Shown here in pieces: positions 28,553-38,883 of a DNA stretch of 64,000 nt. The stretch is taken from the NCBI GenBank assembly GCA_002708305.1, contig PANE01000027.1, positions 24,244 through 88,243 on the forward strand, given 5' to 3'. The first letter of the stretch is position 1; each line of letters begins with the position of its first letter. This stretch comes from Rhodospirillaceae bacterium (GTDB lineage Bacteria; Pseudomonadota; Alphaproteobacteria; Thalassobaculales; Thalassobaculaceae). The notes beneath the pieces are model-generated. The model was not told the DNA's origin, ran no database searches, and saw nothing but the letters and a program-made list of their open reading frames with translations. Made by a program: the position numbers and the translations under genes.

Positions 28553-29305
28553 ATGTGTGCCTGCAACTTAAATATGAAAGAAAGAACCACTATGACTACA
28601 ATTCCAATGATTGAAACAGGTTACTCGGATTTAAATCCTGTTGAAGACGCTGTTTCACAAAGACGATCACTGAGAGGATTTCTAAATAAACCAGTTGATC
28701 GAGAGGTGATAGAAAGGATCCTTACAATGGCAGGTAGGGCTCCAAGCGGAACAAATATGCAACCCTGGGTAGGACACGTTTTAACGGGTAATGCTTTAAA
28801 ACGATTTTGTTCTGGACTCATGGAGGCCGCAAACGACCCAGATGCAAAAAGAGAGTCTGAATTCCCGTATTATCCTGAAAAGTTTTTCGAGCCTTACAAA
28901 GCGAGACGAAGAAAAGTTGGTTGGGATTTATATGGTTTGTTGGGTATAGAAAAGGGAGACTTTGAAAAAACAAAAGCTCAACATGATCGTAATTTAGTGT
29001 TTTTTGATGCACCTGTCGGAATGATGTTTACTATTCATCGAGAACTTAAAATAGGAAGCTGGCTTGATTTAGGGATGTTTTTACAAAACATAATGATTCT
29101 TGCACGCAGTCATGGCCTAGAAACTTGCCCGCAAGCTGCATTTTCTCACTTTCATGATACAATCAGGCAATATATTGATGTTGGCGATGATTATATTGTC
29201 GTCTGTGGAATAGCGCTTGGATATGCCGATTGGAAAAGACCCGAATGCACACTGATAGCCGATCGGGAACCGCTATCGAATTACGTAACTTTTAATGATG
29301 AGTAA
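28553..29305 (+). CDS. nitroreductase-family protein
   Basis: RRSLRGF, RAPSGTNMQPW and a C-terminal LGYAD-type segment. The true start is uncertain (Met codons at 28553, 28574 and 28592). Confidence 0.8.
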   Translation: MCACNLNMKERTTMTTIPMIETGYSDLNPVEDAVSQRRSLRGFLNKPVDREVIERILTMAGRAPSGTNMQPWVGHVLTGNALKRFCSGLMEAANDPDAKRESEFPYYPEKFFEPYKARRRKVGWDLYGLLGIEKGDFEKTKAQHDRNLVFFDAPVGMMFTIHRELKIGSWLDLGMFLQNIMILARSHGLETCPQAAFSHFHDTIRQYIDVGDDYIVVCGIALGYADWKRPECTLIADREPLSNYVTFNDE

Positions 29306-29315
29306 CTGAAGACAA

Positions 29316-29360
29316 CTCGATAATAGAAGGCCCAAGTATCAGCATGGACCTTCTATCGAG
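29316..29360. terminator. hairpin between convergent genes (possible bidirectional terminator)
   Basis: CTCGAT-AAT-AGAAGG pairs with CCTTCT-ATCGAG across an 18-nt loop. Lies between the nitroreductase stop and the coxM stop. There is no strong T-tract. Confidence 0.35.
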
Positions 29361-29372
29361 ATGTTTAGCGCC

Positions 29373-30167
29373 TCAGCTAGCGGCCGCGACAGCCCTTTTT
29401 GCCATCGTTATAATTAAGCTAGCACGGTAATCGCTTTGTGCGTGTATATCGGATAACAGATCGTCTGGTGATATCGTTGTGTCGTCAAGAGCGGACGCTG
29501 TGAACGACGAAGAGAGAGAATTCTCTATTTCGGTTGGCCTGAAAACTCCATTATCACCGGCGCCAGTCACAGCCACTCTGACGTCTGTTCCGAATAAGGC
29601 AACAAACACGCCAACAATCGCGTAACGTGACGCAGGGTTGGGAAATTTCATATACGCAGCTTTATCAGGTTTAGGAAAACTCACTGAGGTAATTAATTCA
29701 TTTTCTTCTAGAGCCGTTTCGAACATACCTGTGAAGAAATCATCGGCGACGATTTTTCTACGATTGGTTGTTATAGTCGCATTTAAAGCTAAACAGGCAG
29801 CCGGATAATCGGCAGCTGGGTCGTTGTTAGCAACTGATCCCCCTATAGTGCCCCGGTTACGGACCTGAGGATCCCCGATCCCTGCAGCAAGAGTTGCCAG
29901 AGCTGGGATCGCACTGCTCACCTCGGATGAATTAGCTACCGAAGCATGGGTCGCCATTGATCCCAAGGATACATCGTCTGAGACGGTGATGGTGTTTAAT
30001 TCTGTAACACCTGCGATATCAATAATATCAGTTGGTGCGGCTAATCTTTGCTTCAAAGTGGGTAACAAAGTTTGTCCACCTGCCATATATGTACCGTCTT
30101 CGGCCCCCATGTGGACCTTAACCGCCTCTTCAATATTTGAGGTCTTATGATAATTAAAATCATGCAT
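29373..30167 (-). CDS. coxM: Mo-hydroxylase FAD-binding medium subunit (CoxM-like)
   Basis: 264 aa. YMAGGQTLLPTLKQRL and GTIGGSVANNDPAADYP are typical of the FAD_binding_5/CO_deh_flav_C family. Confidence 0.9.
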   Translation of the reverse strand: MHDFNYHKTSNIEEAVKVHMGAEDGTYMAGGQTLLPTLKQRLAAPTDIIDIAGVTELNTITVSDDVSLGSMATHASVANSSEVSSAIPALATLAAGIGDPQVRNRGTIGGSVANNDPAADYPAACLALNATITTNRRKIVADDFFTGMFETALEENELITSVSFPKPDKAAYMKFPNPASRYAIVGVFVALFGTDVRVAVTGAGDNGVFRPTEIENSLSSSFTASALDDTTISPDDLLSDIHAQSDYRASLIITMAKRAVAAAS

Positions 30168-30203
30168 TGTTTAAATCCTTAATAAAAAATTTAATTCTCA
30201 ATT

Positions 30204-32576
30204 TCAAGAAGATGCTTTTGCAGATTGTATTGATTGCCAAACCTTACTTGGGGTTGCTGGCATTGATATATCCGTAACTCCCATATCGGATAGTGCATCA
30301 ACTATTGCATTGATCACCGCGGGTGGAGACCCAATAGCGCCAACTTCACCAACGCCTTTAACGCCTAAAGTGTTATGCGTGCATAATGTGGACTGAGTTC
30401 CTACCTTAAAATTGGGAACATTATCAGCTCTAGGCATTGTGTAATCCATATAGGAGCCTGTGAGGAGTTGGCCATCGCTATCATACGAGCAACCCTCTAG
30501 TAGTGCCTGGCCTATGCCTTGTGCCACTCCACCATGAACTTGTCCTTCTACAATCATTGGGTTTATGACCCTTCCAATATCATCTACTGCTGTGAAGTTT
30601 TTCACCTCGGTAACGCCAGTTTCTGGATCAATTTCTACCTCACAGATATGGCACCCTCCAGGAAAAGTGAAATTGGCTGGATCATAAAAAGCTGTTTCAT
30701 CTAGCCCTGGTTCCAATTCATCATGAGGGAAATTATGTGGAACATATGCAGTAAGGGCGACTTCACCAAAAGCCATTGATTTATCGGTTCCGGAGACAGT
30801 AAAGTTTCCTTCTTTAAATTCGATATCATCAACCGCCGCTTCCAAGCAATGTGCCGCGATTTTGGATGCTTTATCAATTATCTTGTTTGTCGCTCGCAGC
30901 AGAGCCTCACCACCTACTGCAAGAGAACGTGACCCATATGTTCCCATCCCAAATTGAACATTTCCCGTATCCCCATGATTTATCTCAATATTCTCGATTG
31001 GGATTCCTAATTGCTCGGAGACAATTTGAGCAAAAGTAGTCTCATGGCCTTGGCCATGACTATGGCTTCCGGTAAATACAGTCACCGACCCGGTGGGGTG
31101 AACCCGAACCTCAGCGGATTCATACAATCCGGCTCTAGCACCGAGGGCACCTGCAACAGCGGAGGGGGCTATACCACAGGCTTCGATATAGGTTGAATAT
31201 CCGATCCCGCGTTTTTTTCCTCTTGCCTGAGATTCCTTTTTACGCAAATCAAACCCACTGGTTTCAGCAAGTTTCATAGCAGAGGCGAGTGTTGCTTGAT
31301 AGTCACCACTGTCGTATTCGAGAGCAACGGGGGTTTGATAAGGGAAGGCATCAGCGGAGATCATATTTCTCTGGCGTATGTCAACTTGTTCAATACCCAT
31401 TTCCCTTGCAGCTCTATCAACTATTCTTTCCAGTAAATATGATGCTTCAGGTCGACCGGCACCTCTGTATGCATCAACTGGTACAGTATTAGTGAAAATA
31501 GCTTTTACGTTGGCATAAATAACAGGAGTTTTATAAACACCTGCCAATAAAGTAGCATATAGATATGTCGGTACACTAGTTGCGAACGTTGATAGATACG
31601 CTCCCATATTTGCATATGTCTCGACTTTTAATGCAGTAAAAATACCATTTTCATCCATACCAAGCTTTGCATGCGTCACATGGTCTCGGCCATGGGCGTC
31701 AGTCATAAAGCTTTCAGATCTTTCCGCTGTCCACTTTATCGGCCTGCCAACTTTTGTTGATGCCCATGTTATTATAGTTTCCTCAGCGTAAAGAAAAATT
31801 TTTGACCCAAATCCACCGCCTACATCTGGTGCTATTATCCTCAACTTATGCTCTGGCACCGATAGAACAAACGCACCCATCAGAAGTCGTATAACGTGGG
31901 GGTTTTGGCTGGTTGTATAAACGGTATATTCACTAGTGGCTTTATTGAATTCGGCGACAGCAGCTCTCGGTTCCATAGCATTTGGTATTAATCTATTGTT
32001 TACTATGTCTATTTCTGTAATGTGAGCAGAAGAAGCCAGTGCCTCATCTACAGCAGATTTATCCCCAATACCCCAGTCGTAACATTTATTGGTTTCTATT
32101 TCTTCATGTACTAAAGTTCCACCAGCTTCTGCCGCCTTCATGTCCATAACCGCAGGAAGAATGCCATAATCGATGTTTATTAACGTTGCTGCTGTTTTCG
32201 CTTGCTCCAGAGTTTCAGCGATAACCACCGCAACCTGGTCACCAACATGCCGAACTTTTCCTTGCGCCAATGATGGGTGGGGGGGTTCGTGCATTGGAGA
32301 GCCATCTTCGGAATGTATCTGCCAACCACAGGGTAAGCCTCCCACCTGCATATCATCTCCTGTGAAAACGGCAACAACACCCGGTGCAGCCTCCGCAACC
32401 GCTGTATCAATCGAATTAATCGTCGCGTGCGCATGAGGGCTTCGAAGCATATATGCATAGGTTTGGCCGGGCCTGTTTATATCATCTGTGTAATTTCCAT
32501 TACCGGTTAAAAACCTGAAGTCTTCTACGCGTTTAACGACTGCACCAATACCAGTGCCAATAACTCCATCGGGCAT
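30204..32576 (-). CDS. coxL: Mo-hydroxylase large subunit, form II CoxL-like (AYRGAGR type)
   Basis: Aldehyde oxidase/xanthine dehydrogenase architecture. The active-site loop AYRGAGR is encoded at 31452..31472. The likely start is the ATG at 32576, 1 nt after the coxS stop, with a GGAGG in the coxS 3' end. The ORF track extends to 32621. Confidence 0.9.
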   Translation of the reverse strand: MPDGVIGTGIGAVVKRVEDFRFLTGNGNYTDDINRPGQTYAYMLRSPHAHATINSIDTAVAEAAPGVVAVFTGDDMQVGGLPCGWQIHSEDGSPMHEPPHPSLAQGKVRHVGDQVAVVIAETLEQAKTAATLINIDYGILPAVMDMKAAEAGGTLVHEEIETNKCYDWGIGDKSAVDEALASSAHITEIDIVNNRLIPNAMEPRAAVAEFNKATSEYTVYTTSQNPHVIRLLMGAFVLSVPEHKLRIIAPDVGGGFGSKIFLYAEETIITWASTKVGRPIKWTAERSESFMTDAHGRDHVTHAKLGMDENGIFTALKVETYANMGAYLSTFATSVPTYLYATLLAGVYKTPVIYANVKAIFTNTVPVDAYRGAGRPEASYLLERIVDRAAREMGIEQVDIRQRNMISADAFPYQTPVALEYDSGDYQATLASAMKLAETSGFDLRKKESQARGKKRGIGYSTYIEACGIAPSAVAGALGARAGLYESAEVRVHPTGSVTVFTGSHSHGQGHETTFAQIVSEQLGIPIENIEINHGDTGNVQFGMGTYGSRSLAVGGEALLRATNKIIDKASKIAAHCLEAAVDDIEFKEGNFTVSGTDKSMAFGEVALTAYVPHNFPHDELEPGLDETAFYDPANFTFPGGCHICEVEIDPETGVTEVKNFTAVDDIGRVINPMIVEGQVHGGVAQGIGQALLEGCSYDSDGQLLTGSYMDYTMPRADNVPNFKVGTQSTLCTHNTLGVKGVGEVGAIGSPPAVINAIVDALSDMGVTDISMPATPSKVWQSIQSAKASS

Positions 32577-32577
32577 A

Positions 32578-33045
32578 TTAACCTCCCACGTTTTCTGCTG
32601 CTTCTTGAATAGATTTGACAATATTGTGATAACCAGTGCATCGACAAATATTACCTTCTAACCATTCTCTTATTTCAGTTTCTGAAGCCGTTGGGTTTTT
32701 ATTAACTAAATCAACTGCACTCATCACCATTCCAGGAGTGCAGAAACCGCACTGTAGCCCGTGATTATTACGAAAGGCTTCTTGCATAGGATGCAGTGTT
32801 TCACCATCAGCAAGGCCTTCTATTGTCGTAATGTCAGCATCTATGGCTTGAACGGCAAGCATAGTACAACTTTTTGCTGAATTGCCGTCCACATGGACCA
32901 CACACGCGCCACATTGACTGGTATCACAACCAACATGTGTTCCGGTTAATCTTAGATGTTCTCTTAAAAATTGTACAAGAAGTGTTCTTGCTTCAACTTC
33001 TCCAGAAACAGTTTTCCCGTTAACCCTCATTGTTACTGTGGGCAT
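32578..33045 (-). CDS. coxS: Mo-hydroxylase [2Fe-2S] small subunit (CoxS-like)
   Basis: 155 aa. Cys motifs [17 protein letters not shown] and CRCTGY. Confidence 0.95.
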   Translation of the reverse strand: MPTVTMRVNGKTVSGEVEARTLLVQFLREHLRLTGTHVGCDTSQCGACVVHVDGNSAKSCTMLAVQAIDADITTIEGLADGETLHPMQEAFRNNHGLQCGFCTPGMVMSAVDLVNKNPTASETEIREWLEGNICRCTGYHNIVKSIQEAAENVGG

Positions 33046-33302
33046 TTAGTGCTCCCCCCTGTTGAATCGTTAAATTTTTCAACTACCTGCTTGTCTATCT
33101 TATAACTTAAATAACGGTATGTAATTTCCCAAACCATACTCGAAATAACAGTTTCGATGTCTAAATTCAATTGGTCAAGGAAATAGGTGTTTATTTTATT
33201 ATTTTACAAGCACGCGCAGTTTTTGAACGGAAAAAGCCATCTCTTTAAAAATAGACAAAAGATATTAACCAATTAATTATTCAAAATTTGTAATAATGCT
33301 CA

Positions 33303-34265
33303 TTAGCCTTCGAATTTTATATAAATTGCGTCTTTTCCAATATCCGTAATTTTAAATGGTGCGCTTTGATACAGATAATTTATCCAATTTGTAAAAAGAA
33401 GATGCCCGTTTCCTCTCCATGTATTAATTGGTGGCTTATTTATATCATCATTAGGGTAGTAGTTTTTTGGTAAGCTAGTCGATTTACCTGCTTCTAAGTC
33501 GCGCTTATGTTCTTCATCTAAAGTGTTAGAGTCATACTCTATGTGATTAAACATATGAAAATGTCCCAGTTTTTTATCATGAACTAGACACATTCCGGCC
33601 TCTTTAGAATCGATCAGTATCTCCAATTGTGGTAACTTTTCAAAATCAGTAATTCTGTTTTCTGTATGTCGTGAAACCGGTATTTGAATTTCATCATCAA
33701 TACCGTGAAGGAGGATAGACTTATTGTTGCAGACATTGTGGGAATAAATGCCAAACCTTTTGTTTGTTAGTTGATATTTGGGGATGTCATGAAAATGATA
33801 CAAAGCAGCCTGGGCGCCCCAGCAGAGATTAAATAATCCAAATACATTGCTTCTAGACCAGTCGAAAATCTGACATAATTCGTCCCAATAATCTACATCT
33901 TCAAACGGTATTTGCTCAATTGGGGCCCCTGTAATTATTAGTCCATCAAATTTCTCGTTTTTAATGTCTATCCAAGCCTTATAGAAATCAATCATATGAT
34001 CTCGGGAGGTGTTTTTTGGTTGATGACCGCCGATAGCAACGAGTGTCATTTCTATTTGCAGTGGTGAGCCAGCTAAAACGCGAGCTATCTGAGTTTCTGT
34101 TTCTATTTTCTTTGGCATTAAATTTAATAAAGCAATTTTTAACGGCCGAATATCTTGACGAATTGCGTCGTCTTCCTGAATAAGCAAAACACCCTCTTTT
34201 TCCAGAATTTTGCTGGCAGGCAGATTCTGTGGGATTTTAATTGGCATTATTATAGAACTCTTCAC
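33303..34265 (-). CDS. metA: homoserine O-acyltransferase MetA (succinyl/acetyl specificity not determinable)
   Basis: 320 aa, colinear with E. coli MetA (IRPLKIALLNLMPKKIETETQ, DGLIITGAP, HLLFTNWINY). Confidence 0.9.
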   Translation of the reverse strand: MKSSIIMPIKIPQNLPASKILEKEGVLLIQEDDAIRQDIRPLKIALLNLMPKKIETETQIARVLAGSPLQIEMTLVAIGGHQPKNTSRDHMIDFYKAWIDIKNEKFDGLIITGAPIEQIPFEDVDYWDELCQIFDWSRSNVFGLFNLCWGAQAALYHFHDIPKYQLTNKRFGIYSHNVCNNKSILLHGIDDEIQIPVSRHTENRITDFEKLPQLEILIDSKEAGMCLVHDKKLGHFHMFNHIEYDSNTLDEEHKRDLEAGKSTSLPKNYYPNDDINKPPINTWRGNGHLLFTNWINYLYQSAPFKITDIGKDAIYIKFEG

Positions 34266-34398
34266 TGATAAGTAACATTAAGATTATATTTCTGCGCATC
34301 GGTCGTAAAGGTGTGGGCAATATTTGGTTATTTTTTCAACGCAATCTGCCTACCTCGTTATTTAAATTACTCAAGGCTTGTAAAAGAAATCGATTTAA

Positions 34399-35241
34399 TC
34401 ATAAAAGTTTTAAATGATGGTGAATATGATCTGAGATAAAAGAACTTATAAAGTAGTATCCGTGATCATAATTCTTGTGTCGCCTAAGGATAAGGCTTCT
34501 GCCAGAATTTTTACAAGCCTCTTCAAATAGATGAGGGTGTAACTCTTTTTCTAAGAAGCTATCCTCTAGTCCTTGATCAATTAATATCTCAGGTCCCGCA
34601 CCATTAATTTTGACTAGATAACTAGCATCATAGTTAGTCCAAGTGTTACGGTCATTGCCCAAGTAATTTGTAAAAGCTTTTTCTCCCCATGGACACTTAG
34701 CTGGAGCACATATCGGCGCGAACGCAGAACTTGTCTTGAAAATATCTGGTCTCTTAAGGTGTATAGTTAGAGCACCATGTCCACCCATAGAGTGCCCAAA
34801 AATGCCAATTCTATCTACATCCACAGGAAATGATCCTTGAACTAAAGTTATAAGTTCCTGGGTTATATAGCTGTACATCCTATAATTTTTTGACCAAGGG
34901 GCTTTTATTGAATCTAAATAAAATCCAGCACCTGTTCCAAAATCCCAATCTTCATCTTCTCCTTCAATACCCGCTCCTCGGGGGCTGGTATCTGGGCAAA
35001 TTAATGCCAAACCTTCCCGTGACGCTAGCTTTTGAGCCCCGGCCTTTATCATAAAGGTTTCTTCTGTACAGGTTAATCCAGCTAAATAGAAAAGGGCTGG
35101 GACATTTGAATGTTTTGCCTGTGGCGGTAAAAAAACTGAAAAATTCATTGCTGTTTTTGTCTCGACAGACCTGTGTGTATAAAACCCCACCTGTCCACCA
35201 AAGCATTCGTGAATAGACCGCACTTTGTAAACTTGATCCAT
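34399..35241 (-). CDS. fghA: S-formylglutathione hydrolase
   Basis: 280 aa. Esterase D family with FYLAGLTCTEE, the GHSMGGHGAL nucleophile elbow and a late HDH context. Confidence 0.9.
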   Translation of the reverse strand: MDQVYKVRSIHECFGGQVGFYTHRSVETKTAMNFSVFLPPQAKHSNVPALFYLAGLTCTEETFMIKAGAQKLASREGLALICPDTSPRGAGIEGEDEDWDFGTGAGFYLDSIKAPWSKNYRMYSYITQELITLVQGSFPVDVDRIGIFGHSMGGHGALTIHLKRPDIFKTSSAFAPICAPAKCPWGEKAFTNYLGNDRNTWTNYDASYLVKINGAGPEILIDQGLEDSFLEKELHPHLFEEACKNSGRSLILRRHKNYDHGYYFISSFISDHIHHHLKLL

Positions 35242-35311
35242 ACGAGGCCTTTTTAAAGTTAAGATGACGTTTTAAATCCTGTGTGTTGATCGATCGCGGT
35301 TCATTTTCACT

Positions 35312-36421
35312 TCAAAAAATTACAACTGATCTAATCGACTCACCCGCGTGCATTAAATCAAACCCTTTGTTTATTTCCTCTAAAGGCATAGTGTGAGTGA
35401 TTAGATCATCAATGTTAATCTTACCTTCCATATACCAATCCACTATTTGTGGAACGTCTCGCCTACCTTTTGCGCCACCAAAAGCAGTACCTTTCCAGAT
35501 CCTCCCCGTAACAAGCTGAAAAGGACGTGTTGATATCTCTTGTCCAGCGCCAGCGACGCCAATAATAATACTTTCTCCCCAGCCGCGATGGGCACACTCT
35601 AAAGCCTGCCGCATTGTATTAACATTTCCAATGCATTCGAAACTGTAATCGGCTCCGCCATCTGACAAATCCACGAGGTAAGGTACCAAATCGCCCTCAA
35701 CTTCATTTGGATTTACAAAGTGTGTCATCCCAAATTTCTCACCTAGCGCTTTACGATCAGGATTCAGATCAACACCGATAATTTTATTCGCCCCTACCAT
35801 TTTAAGACCCTGTAAAACATTAAGTCCTATGCCGCCAAGACCAAAAACCACACAGTTAGACCCTGCTTCTACTTTCGCCGTATTGATGACAGCACCAATC
35901 CCTGTTGTAACGCCACAACCGATATAACAAACTTTATCAAAGGGCGCGTCGTCGCGTATTTTAGCCAATGCTATTTCTGGTAGTATGGTATGATTAGAAA
36001 ATGTGGAGCACCCCATATAATGGTAGATGGTTTCACCGCCAAGTTTGAAGCGACTAGTGCCATCAGGCATAACTCCTTGCCCTTGTGTCGCCCGAATAGC
36101 GGTGCATAAGTTAGTTTTCCCGGACAAGCATGCCTTACATTGTCTGCATTCTGGTGTGTAGAGAGGGATGACATGGTCTCCCGCTTTGAGGCTTGTCACT
36201 CCTGGACCACACTCTAGAACAATCCCAGCTCCCTCATGGCCCAGTATTGAGGGGAATATTCCCTCGGGGTCTCCACCTGAAAGGGTAAACTCATCAGTGT
36301 GGCAAATACCAGTGGCCTTTATTTCTACAAGCACTTCGCCCTCGCGGGGGCCATCCAAGGTAACAGTCTCAATACTTAGTGGTTTACCGGCCGCCGTAGC
36401 TATTGCTGCTTTTGTTTCCAT
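35312..36421 (-). CDS. adhC: S-(hydroxymethyl)glutathione dehydrogenase / class III alcohol dehydrogenase
   Basis: 369 aa. GICHTDE, GHEGAG and GLGGIGL, with full-length class III ADH character. Confidence 0.95.
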   Translation of the reverse strand: METKAAIATAAGKPLSIETVTLDGPREGEVLVEIKATGICHTDEFTLSGGDPEGIFPSILGHEGAGIVLECGPGVTSLKAGDHVIPLYTPECRQCKACLSGKTNLCTAIRATQGQGVMPDGTSRFKLGGETIYHYMGCSTFSNHTILPEIALAKIRDDAPFDKVCYIGCGVTTGIGAVINTAKVEAGSNCVVFGLGGIGLNVLQGLKMVGANKIIGVDLNPDRKALGEKFGMTHFVNPNEVEGDLVPYLVDLSDGGADYSFECIGNVNTMRQALECAHRGWGESIIIGVAGAGQEISTRPFQLVTGRIWKGTAFGGAKGRRDVPQIVDWYMEGKINIDDLITHTMPLEEINKGFDLMHAGESIRSVVIF

Positions 36422-36472
36422 CAGAAGTTCCTCGTATTTACATTATGATAAAATCTGTAAGCGCAAGCGTTT

Positions 36473-37078
36473 TTAGAGGTTAATGATGAACGCTATGAAT
36501 GACGCTACCGATATTGCTCCGACTAGCCAAATAGTCCAGTGGGTGCCAGGGTATATATTTTCATCAGAATTCTTATCATTGCTCATTTCGTTTTCCCCTT
36601 TTAATGCCGTGGGATTATTATTATCGCCAGTTTCATCTTTATCAACTATTTTACCGAAAGTTTCAAAAAACTCACGTGCCATTTTTTTTGCTGTTGAGTC
36701 GATCAGGCGTGACCCAATCTGTGCGAGTTTGCCTCCAACTTGCGCTGTGACGGCATACTCCAAAGTAGTACCTCCACTATCATTGTCTTTTAGAGATACA
36801 TTAGCGCCACCTTTTGCAAAACCTGCAGCACCACCTTTTCCCTCGCCTGATATTTTATAGGCGTTCGGGGGATCAAGATCGGAGAGGGTAACATCACCAG
36901 TGAATTTTGCCTTGACTGGCCCTACTTTGGCGGTGACTTTAGCGGAAAATGAGGTGTCAGATGTTTTGTCTATTTCCTCACAACCAGGGATACATCCTTT
37001 TAAAACCTCAGGATCATTGAGTGCATCCCAAACCTGCTGTTTAGGTGCGGCAAGATCAAAGCTACCCTTCAATTCCAA
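36473..37078 (-). CDS. coxG: CoxG-family SRPBCC protein with C-terminal transmembrane tail
   Basis: 201 aa. The N-terminal 150 aa match the CoxG family (VWDALNDPEVLKGCIPGCE, GPVKAKFTG, GGKLAQIGSRLID). An acidic linker follows, then the hydrophobic tail WTIWLVGAISVASFIAFIINL. Confidence 0.85.
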   Translation of the reverse strand: MELKGSFDLAAPKQQVWDALNDPEVLKGCIPGCEEIDKTSDTSFSAKVTAKVGPVKAKFTGDVTLSDLDPPNAYKISGEGKGGAAGFAKGGANVSLKDNDSGGTTLEYAVTAQVGGKLAQIGSRLIDSTAKKMAREFFETFGKIVDKDETGDNNNPTALKGENEMSNDKNSDENIYPGTHWTIWLVGAISVASFIAFIINL

Positions 37079-37155
37079 CTTTTAATACCTTTCATAAATA
37101 TTTGTTTTATATTCAAAATCAACTGAACATCGAACCTTTGTCAGTTCTACAATTT

Positions 37156-38883
37156 CTACATCGAATAGGCTAGAACTAATAGTGAAAGTAATAGGGCAAG
37201 TACCCACACCAATGCATTTCCAACGATTGAAGTCTGCGCACTTCTATTGAGAGAAGCAAAACGAAGATGAACAAACGCCATTAGAATTTTAAGTCCTTTT
37301 GAAGTAACAGAAAAAAGAAGGTCTTCAGTATATTTTATAGACTTTCCTAAAGAGGTTATCAGAGTATAAAGTCCCTTGCGGTAGATCCAATCAAAATCAA
37401 TATTGGTTGACCGCAGTTCTGGTGGATAAATCTTGAAGACCATCAAAACAGCAAAAGCGAGTGCGGAAAACATGAGAAGTTGCAGTTGATTGATTACATG
37501 TGAGGTTGTGTATGGAGCATAATCTACAGGAAAGGGAAGGAGTGAGTATAAAAAGTCGGGGTAGATCCCTATAAAAAAGCATAAACTAGCGGTAATACCC
37601 ATAGCAATAAGCATCGGCATAGGTGCCTCTTTTGGCCTAAGACCCTGATCATGGGCAAAAAAAGCAAAATATGGAATTTTTATACCGGAATGATGAAATA
37701 CTCCAGCCGATGCGAATAGTAAAACTAACCAGACTCCCCAATGACCACCATCCGAAACAGAGGTTAGGATCATAGACTTAGAAATAAAACCGCTGAACAA
37801 TGGAAATCCAGAAATTGAAGCGGCACCAACAATGCAAAAGCCTGTCGTCCACGGCATAGATTTGAATAGCCCCCCCAAGTCTGAACCATTTGCGGTGCCC
37901 GTGCGAAGCAGGACTGCCCCCATACACATAAAAAGGAGGGATTTATACAGAATATGGCAAAAAGCGTGGGAAAACGTCCCGTTTAAGGCCATCTCAGTCC
38001 CTATACCAACCCCAACTACCATAAAGCCAAGCTGGTTATTCAGGCTATAGGCCAATACTCGTCGCAGATCGTTTTCGATTACTGCATAAAATATAGGAAA
38101 GGCTGCCATCAATGCGCCAATCCAGATTAGAATATCGGTTCCCGCATAGGATCTAGCTAAAGCATAGATGGCTAGTTTAGTTGTAAAGGAAGATAGAATG
38201 ACTGTACCACTTACGGTGGCTTCAGGATAAGCATCTTGAAGCCAGTTATGAAAAAATGGAAACGCACATTTTATACCGAATGCAATAAAAATCAGCAGTC
38301 CACCAGGTGCATCAATCCCAATTTCATTAAAGCCGATTGAGCCAGAAGCGGATGTATATATGAGGATACCAGACAGGAGTATTACACCGGCACCAATTTG
38401 AACTATTAAGTACCTAAAACCAGCTGAAAAAGATCTTTTAGTACCTCTTGCCCATATCAAAAAAACCGAGGAAATAGCGGCGATCTCGAAAAAAATAAAA
38501 AGTGTAATGAGATCCCCGGCAAAAACGGCAGCCGTCGCGCTACCCGCATAAATCATTGATGCAGATGGTTCAATTCTACTGGTGGTTGCACTGATTGCAT
38601 AGAGATTTGCAACTGCGATGGCGATAAGAAAAATGATACCGAAAATATAGCTAAAATCGTCAACCCTGAACAGTTCTAGGTTATAGCCAAGGAACAACGC
38701 ACTGAAGTGGTTACCTTGATCGGTATTCCATAGATTCACCAAAAGGAGTAAAGGGAGTGCAATATTCAACGTTTTGGAAATTTTTAATGGCAAAATGTTA
38801 GATATTAGGCCACCGAGTATCAAGAAAATGCCAGGATTTAAGATTAGAATGAGGTTATCTATCACTGTCATAATAGTCCTCAT
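37156..38883 (-). CDS. antiporter-like subunit (MrpA/MrpD/NuoL family) with C-terminal extension
   Basis: 575 aa, polytopic, with Proton_antipo_M-like core segments (AYSLNNQLGFMVVGVG, HAFCHILYKSLLFM). An extension of about 90 aa ends in a terminal hydrophobic helix. Confidence 0.85.
   Translation of the reverse strand: MRTIMTVIDNLILILNPGIFLILGGLISNILPLKISKTLNIALPLLLLVNLWNTDQGNHFSALFLGYNLELFRVDDFSYIFGIIFLIAIAVANLYAISATTSRIEPSASMIYAGSATAAVFAGDLITLFIFFEIAAISSVFLIWARGTKRSFSAGFRYLIVQIGAGVILLSGILIYTSASGSIGFNEIGIDAPGGLLIFIAFGIKCAFPFFHNWLQDAYPEATVSGTVILSSFTTKLAIYALARSYAGTDILIWIGALMAAFPIFYAVIENDLRRVLAYSLNNQLGFMVVGVGIGTEMALNGTFSHAFCHILYKSLLFMCMGAVLLRTGTANGSDLGGLFKSMPWTTGFCIVGAASISGFPLFSGFISKSMILTSVSDGGHWGVWLVLLFASAGVFHHSGIKIPYFAFFAHDQGLRPKEAPMPMLIAMGITASLCFFIGIYPDFLYSLLPFPVDYAPYTTSHVINQLQLLMFSALAFAVLMVFKIYPPELRSTNIDFDWIYRKGLYTLITSLGKSIKYTEDLLFSVTSKGLKILMAFVHLRFASLNRSAQTSIVGNALVWVLALLLSLLVLAYSM

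Noticed and set aside
34266-34398. Possible SAM-II (metA-type) riboswitch in the 133-nt metA leader, as is common in alphaproteobacteria.
   Set aside because: The minus-strand leader contains a CGAUUU-like stretch. I could not find the downstream AAAGCU pseudoknot partner or a convincing P1 stem. A covariance-model scan (Rfam SAM-II, SAM-V, SAM/SAH) would be needed, and I cannot support the call by eye.
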